64,000 nt of DNA from an uncultured Solirubrobacterales bacterium (lineage in GTDB: Bacteria; Actinomycetota; Thermoleophilia; Solirubrobacterales; Solirubrobacteraceae), in the NCBI GenBank assembly GCA_963839105.1, contig CAWITQ010000006.1, forward strand, positions 434,791 through 498,790, read 5' to 3'. The position numbers and the translations under genes were made by a program. The notes beneath the pieces are model-generated. The model searched no databases. It saw only the letters and a program-made list of their open reading frames with translations, and was not told where the DNA came from. The first letter of the stretch is position 1, and each line of letters opens with the position of its first letter. Shown here piece by piece: positions 21,933 to 33,160 of this stretch.

Positions 21933-23373
21933 CTAGGCCGCGGGCTCGAGCGTGAACTCGCTCGGGTCGAGCTCACGCGTGCGGCGCTCGTAGTCGGCCA
22001 TGTAGCCCGGCCAGTTGGTGACGATCCGGCCGGTCTCGGTCGCGGTACCACGAGTCGCACCGGGTCCACGCGGTGCCGGCGAACCGGCTCTGGACCTCGC
22101 GATCGCTCGCCGCCTCGACCTCGGGACGGACCTCGATCGTCCGGGCGCCGCGTTCGCGGACGAGCGACAGCGCCTGACGGATGTAGGCGGCCTGGACCTC
22201 CTCGTAGAGCACGATCGACCCTCCCGAGGTGTTCGTGTTCGGCCCGTAGACGATGAACAGCGACGGGAAGCCGGGGACGCACATGCCGAGATGGGCGCGC
22301 GGGCCCTCCGCCCATGCCTCGCGCAGGGTGCGCCCGCCGGCGCCGCGCACCTCCATCGGGAACATGAACTCCGTGGTGCGGAAGCCTGTCCCGTAGATGA
22401 TGCAGTCGACCTCGCGCTCGGTGCCGTCGCTCGTCACGACTCCGCTCGGCGTCAACCGGGAGATCGCCTCGGTCACGAGCTCGACGTTCGGTCGCTGGAG
22501 CGCGGGCAGGAAGTAGGAGCTGAAGAGGACGCGCTTGCAGCCGAACGTGTAATGCGGCCAGGCGCGCCGGCGGACCTCCGGGTCGCGGAGCTGGAGGCGC
22601 ATGAACACGGTCGAGAGCAGCCGCCCGATCAGCCCGAAGGTGCGCGGGTGGCGGATCATCAGCGTCAGCGTCTCGGCGTAGTAGTAGATGAATCGTCGCC
22701 GAAACGCCTGCAGGCCGGGCACGAACCGGATCGCCGCGCGCACCGCACGCGGGTACGGGCGGTTGCGCCGCGGCAGGAACCAGTTGCCCGTGCGCTGGTA
22801 CACGTACAGCTTGCCCGCCTGCTCGGCCACGTGCGGGACGAACTGGACGGCGCTCGCTCCGCTCCCGATCACCGCAACGCGCTTGCCCCGCAACTCGTAG
22901 GAGTGATCCCAGCGCGCGGAGTGAAAGCTGTGGCCCTCGAACCGGCCCTCAATCCGCGGGAACGCGGGCTGGTGCAGCTGGCCGGTGGCGATCACCACGG
23001 CGTCGGCCGACCAGGTGCGCCCGTCCGCGCTCCGCACCGTCCACCCCCCGGAGTCATCCCACTCGCACGCGGTCACCTCGACGCCGGTCACCAACGCGCC
23101 GTCGACCCCGTGCTCATGCGCCACCGTCTCGAGGTAGCGCAGGATCTCCTCCTGCGGCGAGCAGATCCGCGACCAGTCCCGTCGCTGCGCGAACGAGAAC
23201 GAGTACAGGTGGCTGGGGACGTCGCAGGCGCAGCCGGGGTAGACGTTGTCGCGCCAGGTCCCGCCGAGCGTGGGGCCGCGCTCGAGCACGGTGAGGTCGC
23301 TGAAGCCGTGGCGCCGCAGCTCGATCGCGGTCACCAGCCCGCCGATCCCGGCCCCGACGATGACCACCCTCAT
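21933..23373 (-). CDS. Flavin-containing monooxygenase (Baeyer-Villiger type; 3' frameshift)
   Basis: GAGIGG, GGTWRDNVYPGCACD, FEGHSFHSARW, GSGASA motifs. Confidence 0.92.
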
Positions 23374-23385
23374 GGCTGGCGGAGA

Positions 23386-24399
23386 CTACGCCACTACTTC
23401 GAGGCCGACCAGCTCGCCGGCGTTCGTCCCGTCGCCCTTCTGGGCCTCGAGCACGGCGTCGAGCGCGGCGATCGCCACCGCGAGCTGATCGAGGTCAGGT
23501 TCGCGCGTGGTCAGCTTCTGCAGCTGCATACCGGGCCACATGATCGTCCGCACCCACCGCCGGCGGCGGTTGCGCCCAGCCCACTTGATGACCTCGAACG
23601 ACAGCCCCGCGATCAGGGGCACGCCGACGATCCGGGTGATGAGCAGGATCCACCACGCCCGCAGGCCGATCGGGGCGTAGACGAAGATCGCCATGATCAT
23701 CACGATGAGCAGGAAGCTCGTGCCGCAGCGGGGATGCAGGCGCGAGTACAGGGTCGCGCGCTCCGGACGCAGCTCGTCAGAGGCCTCGTAGCACGAGATC
23801 GCCTTGTGCTCGGCCCCGTGGTACTCGAGCACGCGCCGCATATCGGGCACGCGGGAGAGCAACAGCAGGTAGCCGAGGAATATCGCGGTGCGCACCACGG
23901 CCTCCACGACCCAGAACAGCGCCGCCGACCCGAGCTGGTGCTTGACGAGGCTCGTCAGCCCGAGCGGGACGACGAAGAACAGCCCCACCGCGAACACGCA
24001 CGCCAGGAGCACGGTCGCCGTCCACGTGCCGCCCGAGAGCTGCTCCTGCTCGCCGGGCGGCAGCTGCGCGTTCGCGGAGATCGACAGAGCGCGCAGGCCG
24101 AGCCCGAGCGATTCCGCCAGCGCCACAACCCCGCGGATCACCGGCAGTCGATAGACGCGGTGGCGCGCGGTGAGCGGGCTCAGCGGGAACGTGCGGACGT
24201 CCATCGTGGCCAGCGCCCCATCCGAGCCGGCGGGCGGCCGAACCGCCACCGCCCAGGTGCTCACGCCGCGCATCATCACGCCCTCCAGCACGGCCTGGCC
24301 GCCCAGGGGGGCGTCGCGCGATGCGGTCAGCGGGCCGCCGGAGCGCGGCTGAAACGTCCGCGGAAACGGGCCGCGGACGCGAGCGGCCCCGTCGGCCAT
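23386..24399 (-). CDS. DUF1385 (YqhQ) membrane protein
   Basis: GGQAVLEGVMMR, YHGAEHK, HPRCGTSF, LQKLTTREP motifs. Confidence 0.92.
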   Translation of the reverse strand: MADGAARVRGPFPRTFQPRSGGPLTASRDAPLGGQAVLEGVMMRGVSTWAVAVRPPAGSDGALATMDVRTFPLSPLTARHRVYRLPVIRGVVALAESLGLGLRALSISANAQLPPGEQEQLSGGTWTATVLLACVFAVGLFFVVPLGLTSLVKHQLGSAALFWVVEAVVRTAIFLGYLLLLSRVPDMRRVLEYHGAEHKAISCYEASDELRPERATLYSRLHPRCGTSFLLIVMIMAIFVYAPIGLRAWWILLITRIVGVPLIAGLSFEVIKWAGRNRRRRWVRTIMWPGMQLQKLTTREPDLDQLAVAIAALDAVLEAQKGDGTNAGELVGLEVVA

Positions 24400-24411
24400 A
24401 CCGACGTTGGG

Positions 24412-24648
24412 TTAGGCGCCCGCGCCGGGGGTGGCGCGTGCGGCTCGCCGTCCCTTGGCCACTCGGCGCTGGAAGCGCTCCACGCGGCCACCGGTGTCGA
24501 CCAGCTTCTGCCGCCCGGTGTAGAACGGGTGGCAGGCCGAGCAGATCTCGACGTGGATCTCCGGCTTGGTTGAGCGAGTCATGAATTCGTTGCCGCACGT
24601 ACAGCGGACGTGGGCATCGACGTACTCAGGATGGATATCGGTCTTCAT
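24412..24648 (-). CDS. rpmE: 50S ribosomal protein L31 (Zn-binding type)
   Basis: [22 protein letters not shown] motifs. Confidence 0.97.
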   Translation of the reverse strand: MKTDIHPEYVDAHVRCTCGNEFMTRSTKPEIHVEICSACHPFYTGRQKLVDTGGRVERFQRRVAKGRRAARATPGAGA

Positions 24649-24744
24649 TGCTTCACCAAGTGTAGCGAGGGGCTGGCGCGCCCTGGGCGGGTGGCCGGAG
24701 GCCGCGTCGCCCCCTCCGTGGCGCCGCCGCCGCGCCGCGCCGCG

Positions 24745-25566
24745 TTATCGCCGGCGGCTTCGGGCGGCGGTCGTCGTCGTCGCTGGCGCCGGCGCAGGGC
24801 ACGGCGTGACCAGCGTGTTGTTGGCGCGGCTGTAGTCGAGGACCGAGTCATTCGGGTCGGCGGTGAGCGTGATCTCACTGCCGGGGGTGCAGGCCGGGCC
24901 GGTGAAGACCTCACGCACGCGCGAATGTGGCCGTACCCACCCGACCGTCATCGACTGGCTCGGCTCCGACGGCACCGCCAGCGTGACCTGGAACGGCCCG
25001 GCTCCGGTCGCGCCGCGGTTGCCGATCCACGCCACGTAGCGATCCTCTGACGGCTGAGAGGACATCGGATTCACGGTGAGCGAGCGGACGACCAGATCGG
25101 GGCGGAGCTCGGGCTGGTAGCAGACCGGGCTCACGTCCTCGGCCGTTCCAAGCGAGCGGCCATTCGAGGCGAGCCAGCGGAAGCGGACCCGGAAGCGGTA
25201 GTAGGCCGTGCCCGACAGATTGCTCACCTTCTGATCGACCTTCCAGATGTCCCCCGGCCGCTGCCCGAGCGTGGAGTTAGACGGGTGCACCCATTGGTCG
25301 AGCCCCCGCCCCCGGACGCTCGAGAAAGGCCCCGCGCGCCGCCTGGACCGCTGCAGGTCGAACATCATCTCCATGCTGCTCGTCGCGTTCACGGGCCGCA
25401 TCACCGCGGTGACCGCGATCTTCCGCGCCGAGGGCAGGATCGCCCGGTGGCAGGCCGGGTTGATGAGCTGCGTGCTCGGCGGCGTCGCCGCCGCCCCGAC
25501 GGGCGTGCCGATACAGGCGCCGGCGAGCGTGACCACGCCGGCGAGGAGCAGACGCTTCCCCGACAT
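24745..25566 (-). CDS. Secreted protein with C-terminal CARDB (Ig-like) domain
   Basis: Signal peptide; PDLVV...NRG...ADP..V.....NN pattern. Confidence 0.7.
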   Translation of the reverse strand: MSGKRLLLAGVVTLAGACIGTPVGAAATPPSTQLINPACHRAILPSARKIAVTAVMRPVNATSSMEMMFDLQRSRRRAGPFSSVRGRGLDQWVHPSNSTLGQRPGDIWKVDQKVSNLSGTAYYRFRVRFRWLASNGRSLGTAEDVSPVCYQPELRPDLVVRSLTVNPMSSQPSEDRYVAWIGNRGATGAGPFQVTLAVPSEPSQSMTVGWVRPHSRVREVFTGPACTPGSEITLTADPNDSVLDYSRANNTLVTPCPAPAPATTTTAARSRRR

Positions 25567-25683
25567 GCTGCTTAACAACAGCGTTCGAGCGGCAAAGTTC
25601 CGTGCCTGCATCCCCCGGCGCCTGGACCGCCGCCAGGGCGGCGCCATCGCCGCGGCCGCAGACGGCGCGTTCGGTGACCCTGG

Positions 25684-27432
25684 TCAGGTGACGCGGTAGA
25701 GGGGCCCGTCGCCGCCCTCGGGAGGCGTCAGCCGCCCGCCCTTGGCCGTGATCGCCCCGCACTGCACGCAGTTGGTGTAGTTGACGATCACGTCGACCGG
25801 ACCGGACTCGGGCGCGTCGTCGGGGATCTCGTAGACGCCGGCGGGGCACATCCAGGCCCACGTCTCGGCGATCTCCCGGGGCACGTGCTTCTCGAGGCGG
25901 ATGTGGTTGGGCGCGTCGTCGCGGGTGGCGTTGCCCGAGATGTAGACCGACGAGAGCTTGTCGAACGTGTACTTGCCGTCCGGCTTCGGATAGCGCTCGC
26001 GCGTATCGCCGACGAACATCGGCTCCGCGTCATCGCGGTGCCACGACTGCCGGCCCGGCGGCACCTTGCCCTTCGACATGATCGCGGGACCCGCGAGCAG
26101 GCTGCCGACCATGAAGCCCTTCTGGAACGCCTGGCGGGCGTTACGCACCTGGTAGAGCTCCTGGCCGATCGTCGACTCCTCGACCGCCTTCTCGTAGGGC
26201 TCGAGCGACTCGCCGGTCTTGAGGGAGCGGTAGATCGCCTCGGCGGCGAGGATCCCCGACTTGATGCAGTGGTGCACGCCCTTGAGCGCGGCCGTATCGA
26301 CCATGCCGCCGGCGTCGCCGACCAAGAGCGCGCCCGGCATCGTCAGCTTCGGCATCGACCAGTAGCCGCCGCCGGGAAGCGCCTTGGCTCCCCAGGCGAC
26401 GCGCTCGCCACCGTCGAGGTACTCGCGCACGAGCGGATGGGTCTTGAAGGCCTGGAGCAGATCGTGGACCGACGTGGTCGCGTCCCGGTAGTTGAGGTCG
26501 ACGACGAACCCGATCGAGACCAGGTCGTCTCCCGTCTTCTCGTCCTTCATCGGGTACATCCAGGTGCCGCCGAGCTGTCCGTACTTGGAGGCGACCTTGA
26601 GCGGCCACGGCTGCACGAACGTGTGGATCACGCGGTCGAGCGGCTTGGTGACCTTCCACACCTCCTTGACTCCGAGCTCCCACACCTGAGGCTCGCGGCC
26701 GTCGGCCAGCTTGAACTCCTTGATCGCGGCCCCGGTCAGGTGGCCCCAGCAGCCCTCGGCGAGCACGGTGGCGCGGGCCTTGATGTCCGTCCCCGGCTCG
26801 AAGTTGCCGAGCGGCTCGCCGTCCTTGCCGCGCCCCTTGTCGCCTGAGCGGACGCCGACCACCTTGCCGTCCTCGACGATCAGCTGGGTGGCCGAGGTCT
26901 CGGTGAGGACGTAGGCGCCGCCCTCCTCGGCCTGCTGCTGCTGGAAGCGGGCGAGCGCCGAGACCGAGACGACCTCGTTGCCGTGGTTCTTGAAGTTGGG
27001 CACGGCCGGGATCGGGACCCGGAGCTTCGTCTTCGGGCCGGTGAGCATGTACACCGACTCCTTGGTCACCTCGCCGAAGGCGAAGCCCTGCTTGCGCCAC
27101 TCCTCGCGGCTGACGTGCGGGAAGAGCTCCTCCAACGGTCCGGGCCGCATCACGGCGCCCGAGAGGTTGTGGCCGCCGCACGTCTTCGCCTTCTCGATCA
27201 CGGCAACCGGGACCTCGCCCAGCTTCTCCATCAGCTCCGGGTCATCGCTGAGGAGCTGGAGCAGGCGGTTGGCGGTGGCCAGGCCGGCGGTGCCACCGCC
27301 GACGATGGCCACGCCGACCTCGATCAGCTCGTCCTCCGGATCGAGTCCGCGCTTGACGAACTCGCCCACGGAGTCGACCGGAGGCGGGAACTCGCTGGGC
27401 GCGTGCGGCCCGTCACCGTTGCGCGAAGCCAT
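25684..27432 (-). CDS. Electron transfer flavoprotein-quinone oxidoreductase
   Basis: GGGTAG FAD motif, LSGA, GVKEVW, KGVH, CPAGVYE, PEGGDGP; follows etfBA. Confidence 0.9.
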   Translation of the reverse strand: MASRNGDGPHAPSEFPPPVDSVGEFVKRGLDPEDELIEVGVAIVGGGTAGLATANRLLQLLSDDPELMEKLGEVPVAVIEKAKTCGGHNLSGAVMRPGPLEELFPHVSREEWRKQGFAFGEVTKESVYMLTGPKTKLRVPIPAVPNFKNHGNEVVSVSALARFQQQQAEEGGAYVLTETSATQLIVEDGKVVGVRSGDKGRGKDGEPLGNFEPGTDIKARATVLAEGCWGHLTGAAIKEFKLADGREPQVWELGVKEVWKVTKPLDRVIHTFVQPWPLKVASKYGQLGGTWMYPMKDEKTGDDLVSIGFVVDLNYRDATTSVHDLLQAFKTHPLVREYLDGGERVAWGAKALPGGGYWSMPKLTMPGALLVGDAGGMVDTAALKGVHHCIKSGILAAEAIYRSLKTGESLEPYEKAVEESTIGQELYQVRNARQAFQKGFMVGSLLAGPAIMSKGKVPPGRQSWHRDDAEPMFVGDTRERYPKPDGKYTFDKLSSVYISGNATRDDAPNHIRLEKHVPREIAETWAWMCPAGVYEIPDDAPESGPVDVIVNYTNCVQCGAITAKGGRLTPPEGGDGPLYRVT

Positions 27433-27435
27433 CGC

Positions 27436-28419
27436 TCAGCCGCCCTTCTTGGCCTTGATCGCGTCGGTCAGCTTGGGCAGGATCTTGTTCAGGTCGCCGA
27501 CGATCCCCAGGTCGGAGAACTCGAAGATCGGCGCGTTCGCATCCTTGTTGATCGCGACGATGTTCTCCGAGGACTGCATGCCGACCTTGTGCTGGATCGC
27601 GCCGGAGATTCCGGCCGCGAGGTAGAGCTTCGGCGCGACCGTCTTGCCGGTCTGGCCGATCTGGGCCGCGTACGGGTACCAGCCGGCGTCGACCACTGCG
27701 CGCGTCGCCGCCACCGCGGTGTTGCCGCCGAAGGCCTTGGCCAGCTCCTCGGCGAGCGAGAAGTTCTCGGCCTTGCCGAGCCCGCGCCCGCCGGCGACCA
27801 GGATGTCGGCGCCCTCGATGTCGACGTCGGCGCCGCGCTGCTCGCCGCGCTCGACCATCTTGGCCTGGTTGGACCAGGGCGAGTACTCGACGTCGACGTC
27901 CACGACCTCAGCCGAGCCGCCGTCCACCGACCGCGCCTCGAAGGCGTTGATCCGGCCGATGATGATCCCGAGGTCGCCCCGGTACTTCGAGACGGAGATC
28001 TTCGAGTCCTGGAGGATCGGCCGCTCGGCCACGAGCTTGCCGTCCTCGGCCCGGATCGCGGTGACCTCCATGGTCACGCCCGCCTGCTTGCGCGCGGCGA
28101 GGCCGGCGCCGATCTCGAACCCGAGCAGGCCGCCGCCGAACAGCGCGTAGTTCTGCCCGTTCTCGTCGATCACCTTGGCCATCACGTCGACCACGGGCTG
28201 GGACAGGCCCTCGGGCCCACGCCCCCGGAACACCTTGGTGGCGCCGTAGGCGCCGAGCGACTGGCACAGCTCGTCGGTCAGGTCATCGCCACCGACGACA
28301 ACGGCGTGACACTCGCCGCCGATCTCCTTGGCGCGCGCCGCGCCCTCGGACACCGCGCCCAGGGAGTTCTTGTTGAGCTCGCCCTCGTAGTGGAGGACGT
28401 AGGTGAGAACGTCAGCCAT
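27436..28419 (-). CDS. etfA: Electron transfer flavoprotein alpha subunit
   Basis: GGRGLG, QIGQTGKTVAPKLY, GISGAIQH, AINKD motifs. Confidence 0.95.
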   Translation of the reverse strand: MADVLTYVLHYEGELNKNSLGAVSEGAARAKEIGGECHAVVVGGDDLTDELCQSLGAYGATKVFRGRGPEGLSQPVVDVMAKVIDENGQNYALFGGGLLGFEIGAGLAARKQAGVTMEVTAIRAEDGKLVAERPILQDSKISVSKYRGDLGIIIGRINAFEARSVDGGSAEVVDVDVEYSPWSNQAKMVERGEQRGADVDIEGADILVAGGRGLGKAENFSLAEELAKAFGGNTAVAATRAVVDAGWYPYAAQIGQTGKTVAPKLYLAAGISGAIQHKVGMQSSENIVAINKDANAPIFEFSDLGIVGDLNKILPKLTDAIKAKKGG

Positions 28420-28454
28420 CAGTTGTCTCCTTCGTGCGTGCGGGAGGCGACCAC

Positions 28455-29246
28455 TTAGATCAACTTCCTCTCGTCGAGCCAGGCGACGATCTTCTCGACC
28501 GTCTCGTTCGTGTCCTCGTCCTCGATGATCTGCCCCGCTTGCTTGGCGGGCGGATCGTGGAAGTCGCCGCACTGCACGCGCGAGCCCTCCTCGCCGACCA
28601 GCGATCCGTCGATGCCGATGTCGCCGCTGGCGACGGTCTCGAGCGGCTTCTTCTTCGCGCCCATGATCGCCTTGAGCGACGGGTAGCGCGGCTCGTTGAT
28701 GGCGTCGCCGACGGAGATCACCGCCGGCAGCTGGACCTCGACCGTGTCGTAGCCGTACTCGGCCTGGCGCTCGCAGCGCAGCCCGCCGTCCTGGACGTCC
28801 ATCTTGATCACCTGGGTGAGCGAGGGCATCTTCAGGTGGTCGGCGACCACGGCGCCGATCGTGTAGCACTCGCCGTCGTCGGACTGCTGGCCGAGCAGGA
28901 CCAGGTCGGGCGACTCCTTCTCGAGCGCCTTGGACAGGGCGTAGCCGGTGGCCGCGACGTCGGAGCCGGCCAGCGCGGCATCGGTCAGGTGCAGCGAGCG
29001 GTCCGCTCCGAGCGACACCGCCTTGTGGAGAGCCCGCACCGCGGACTCCGGGCCCATCGTCACCGCCACGATCTCGTCGACCTCGATCGATCCGCCCTCG
29101 CGAATCTGCATCGCCGCCTCGATGGCGTGCGTGTCGTATGGGTTCAGGTTCTTCTCACCTGACCGGTCCATCCGCCCCGTCGACTGGTCGATGCGCTTCT
29201 CGACGGCGGCGTCCGGCACCTCTTTGACCAGGACGCAAATCTTCAA
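28455..29246 (-). CDS. etfB: Electron transfer flavoprotein beta subunit
   Basis: VKEVPD, NPYD..AIEAA, GAD, NEPRYPSL motifs. Confidence 0.95.
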   Translation of the reverse strand: MKICVLVKEVPDAAVEKRIDQSTGRMDRSGEKNLNPYDTHAIEAAMQIREGGSIEVDEIVAVTMGPESAVRALHKAVSLGADRSLHLTDAALAGSDVAATGYALSKALEKESPDLVLLGQQSDDGECYTIGAVVADHLKMPSLTQVIKMDVQDGGLRCERQAEYGYDTVEVQLPAVISVGDAINEPRYPSLKAIMGAKKKPLETVASGDIGIDGSLVGEEGSRVQCGDFHDPPAKQAGQIIEDEDTNETVEKIVAWLDERKLI

Positions 29247-29290
29247 GTTCTTCCTCCTAAAGGATTCCTGAGGAGCTGAATACTACCTCG

Positions 29291-29306
29291 TTGACTGACG
29301 AGTCAA
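29291..29306. promoter_or_regulatory. Palindromic operator TTGACT-N4-AGTCAA upstream of etfB
   Basis: Perfect 6-bp inverted repeat in the etfB promoter region, with a shape typical of TetR-family sites. Confidence 0.6.
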
Positions 29307-29358
29307 TCGGTCCCCCTACCGCGCAGTAGGACCGAGGCGCGCGCCCCAGGTGACGGGC

Positions 29359-29766
29359 TCACGACCTGACGGCGCCGCGGATGAAGTCGATCACCTGCTG
29401 CGTCGAGGCGCCGGGCGTGAACACCTCGGAGACCCCCAGCTCCTTGAGCTTCTCCACGTCATCGGAGGGGATCGTGCCGCCCACCGTCACGAGCACGTCG
29501 TCGATGTCCTGCTCCTGGAGCAGCTCGAGGATCCGCGGCACCAGCGTCATGTGGGCGCCGGACAGGATCGAGAGCCCGACGGCGTCGGCGTCCTCCTGGA
29601 TCACGGTCTCCACGATCTGCTCCGGCGTCTGGTGAAGGCCGGTGTAGATCACCTCCATGCCCGCATCGCGAAGCGCGCGAGCGATGATTTTGGCGCCGCG
29701 ATCGTGGCCGTCGAGGCCGGGCTTCGCGACGACGACGCGAATCTTCTTCTCTGCGGAGGAGGACAT
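29359..29766 (-). CDS. Methylmalonyl-CoA mutase-type cobalamin-binding small subunit
   Basis: [11 protein letters not shown] (DxHxxG), SILSGAH, GGTIP motifs. Confidence 0.93.
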   Translation of the reverse strand: MSSSAEKKIRVVVAKPGLDGHDRGAKIIARALRDAGMEVIYTGLHQTPEQIVETVIQEDADAVGLSILSGAHMTLVPRILELLQEQDIDDVLVTVGGTIPSDDVEKLKELGVSEVFTPGASTQQVIDFIRGAVRS

Positions 29767-29886
29767 CGAACTCTAGAGTGGAGCGCGGCCCGGCGCCACC
29801 GCAAGCCGCGCGATTGTAATGGTCCATCCTCTACAAAGCGTCGCCGGTGGCGGCGCCGGGCGCCGGGTTGTCTAACCTGAGCTCAG

Positions 29887-32800
29887 TGCGTTTCGTTGGG
29901 GCGCTTGTGCGTGGTAGGGCGGCGCGTCCGTGCGTGCTCGCTCTCGCCTTGGCGCTGAGCGGCCTGCTCGCGCCCGCCGCCTCGGCCGTGGTCGTTCACG
30001 GCCCGAACGGGCAGCTCCTTGGCGTGACACCGCTCCAGAGCGTCGCCCCCACCCGGTTGCCCGGAGCGCTCGTCCCCCACGCCAGCTCGGCTCGGGCGAT
30101 CGACGCGATGAGCTGGCACATGGGCCCGGTGCTCCGATCGAGCTCGGCCTATTTGGTCTACTGGGACCCGTCGAGCAACCCGACGCTGGCGGGGTGGAAG
30201 CCGCTTCTGGAGCAGTACCTCTCGGACGTCGCCGCCGACAGCTCGCTCTCCAGCAACCTCTTCTCCGTCGGGCGCCAGTACTGGGACGGCTCGGGCTACG
30301 CCGGCGCCGAGCAGAGCTTCTCGTCCAGTCAGGTACTAAACGACACGCAGCCGTACCCGACGCCCGCCACCAACTGCCCTGCCCCCACCGGTGGCCGGTG
30401 CATCACCGATGCCGAGGTCCAGCAGGAGCTCGTGCGACTGCTCGCCACCGACCCGAGCCTCCCCGACGACGGCCCCACCAGCGCCACCGCCCTTCCGCAG
30501 AACGCTCCGGTGCGCTTCGCGGTGCTCCCCCCGAACGTGAACGAATGCTTCAGCGGGGCTCAGTGCGCCAGCAACAACTTCTGCTCCTACCACTCCGCGT
30601 ACTCCAACGGCGGCAGGCAGGTCATCTACGACCTGATCCCGTCGTTCGTCCTCCAGGGCAACGCCAAGGCCTGCCAGGACGACGGCAACAACGCCGTGCA
30701 GCAGCCAAACGGCAACCCGGCCGACGTGATGCTCAAGTACCTCGCCCACGAGTACATCGAGACGATCACCGACCCGCTCCTGAACGCCTGGTGGTCTTCC
30801 TCGACGGGCAACGAGGTGGCGGACGACTGCAACGTCTACGGGGCCCAATCCGATCCCGCCTCGGGCGCCAGTCCGCACTCCTTTACCCCCACCCTCGGCG
30901 GCAGCGCCGCCTCCGGTACGCTGTTCAACCAGGTCGTGAACGGCCACGACTATTACCTCCAGAGCACGTGGAGCAACGGGGCCGACGACTGCGCCATGGA
31001 TGCGCTGGGCGGGACCGTCAGCCCCGAGTTCAGCGCGCCCGCGGGGACTCTGGTGGCGGGGAATCCGATCTCCTTCGACCCCAGCGCCAGCTCTAGCACC
31101 CAGCCCTACAGCAGCGTGACCTGGGACTGGGGAGACGGCTCTGGCCGGACGTTCTCGCATGGGACCGCGCCGCCGAACACCGTCAAGCACACCTACGCCG
31201 CCGGCGGCGCCTACACGGTCACCCTCACTCTGGTCGACAGCCTCGGCGACCAGGCGGCCGTCTCCCACGAGATCACTGTCCACTCGCCGCCTGTAGCGGC
31301 GTTCACGTTTTCGCCTGCGGCGCCGTACGCGGGCGACCCGGTGCAGTTCGACGCCTCGAGCTCGAGCGACCCGGATCCTGGCGTGACGCTCACCGGTTAC
31401 CAGTGGGATTTCGGCGACGGCACCCCCACCGACTCCGGCGCCACGCCCGCCCCACACACCTACGCCAATCCCGGGACGTACACGGTCACGCTTACGGTCA
31501 CCAACAGTGAGGGCCTCACGAACTCGGTTCAGCACCAGATCGCCGTCGTCGCCGAGGCGCCGCAAGCTTCGTTCACGATCGATCCCGCGACCGGGGCCAG
31601 TCCGAATCAGCCGGTGACCTTCGACGCCACCGCCACCGATCCCCACGCCAACATCACCGGCTACAGCTGGGACTTCGGCGACGGCACCCCCACGACAGTC
31701 GACACCACGGCCTCGGGCACCGACACGATTAGTCACTCATATGCAGCTTCCGGGACCTACACGGTCACGCTCACAGTCAGCGCCGAGAACAACACCAGCA
31801 CCACAGTCACCCGCGAACTCACGGTGGGACCGGTGGCTGCATTCAGCTACTCACCGTCGCAGCCCCAGAACGGGACACAAGTGACCTTCGACGGGACGGG
31901 CTCCAGTGATCCCGAGCCGGGCATGACGATCACCTCGTACAACTGGGACTTCGGCGATGGGACCCCGCCGGTGTCCGCCGGGGTCGCGACCCACCAGTAT
32001 GCCCACCCCGGCACGTACACGGTCACCCTCACGGTGGGCAACGGGACCGGCTCGGACTCGACCTCGCAGTCGGTCGCGGTGAGCGACGCCCCGCCCACGG
32101 CTGCGTTCTCACTCACGACCCCGTCCCCCGGCCGGGTCAGCCGACGGGCTTCGACGCCACCGCCTCGTCGCCCAGCGACCCCATCAGCGCCGTCATCGCC
32201 GCTTACTCCTGGACCTTCGGCGACGGCGCCACCGCCGCCAGCGCCACCCCCAACCACACCTACGTCGCGGCCGGCACCTACACGGTGGGCCTGACGGTAA
32301 CCGACTCCCGCGGTGCCAGCAGCAGCACCTCCGAGCAGGTCGTGGTGCACTCCCTCCCGGTGGCCGGGTTCGATATATCGCCGAACCATCCGCTCGCGGG
32401 CGCGGCGGTGAGCTTCGACGCCGGCACCTCGGCCGACCCCGAATCCGGCGTCAGACTCGCCTCTTACGTCTGGCGCTTCGGCGACGGCGCCAACGGATCG
32501 GGGTCCGGTCCCGGTCACACCTACGCAGCGCCCGGTACCTACACCGTGGCGCTCACCGTCACCAACTCGCTCGGCCTGAGCCAGACTGCCAGCCAGGCGG
32601 TGACGGTCGTGGCGCCACCGCACGCGGATTTCGCGCTCACGACCCAGCGCCCCGCGAACGGGCAGGCGCTCCGCTTTGCCTCGTCCTCGGCCGATCCTGC
32701 GGCGGCGATCTACCGCTGGACCTTCGGTGACCGCAGCGCGCCCGCCTCCGGCGCCAGTCCATCGCACGTGTTCCGCAGTCCCGGCTCCTACGCAGTCACG

Positions 32801-33160
32801 CTCACCGTCACGGACGCCTTCGGCCACACCGCCTCCGCCACCCACCGAATCACGGTGGCGCTGGCGGGCAAGGTCACCAGGGTCTCACTCGCGTCCCGCG
32901 GCATGGAGCTCGTGGTGGGCCTGAACGCGCCAGGCGTCCTCAAAGGCGAGGGGCGGACGCTCAAGGTGAAGCGGGCGGGAACAGTCGCGCTCCCGCTGCG
33001 ACTCACGGCCGCCCAGCGACGAAAGCTAGCCGCCACGCACACGCTTACGCTGCACGTGGTGCTGCGCTTCGCGCCGGCGGCCGGCTCCCGGCAGACCCAG
33101 ACGGTCCTAGTCGTCTTCCGCCCCGCCCACGCCGCGATCGCTCGCCTGAAGCACCCCTAG
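29887..33160 (+). CDS. Large secreted protein: Phi-1/EXORDIUM-like N-terminal domain plus seven PKD domains (frameshift near 32140)
   Basis: Signal peptide; WHMGPV, FCSYHS, AHEYIETITDP, EVADDC; seven W(D/T/R)(F/W)GD + HxY..G.Y.V.LTV repeats. Confidence 0.8.

Noticed and set aside
31020-32860. Recurring GGGACTTCGGCGACGGC-like repeats as CRISPR or mobile repeats
   Set aside because: They encode the WDFGDG motif of PKD domains; no cas genes are present
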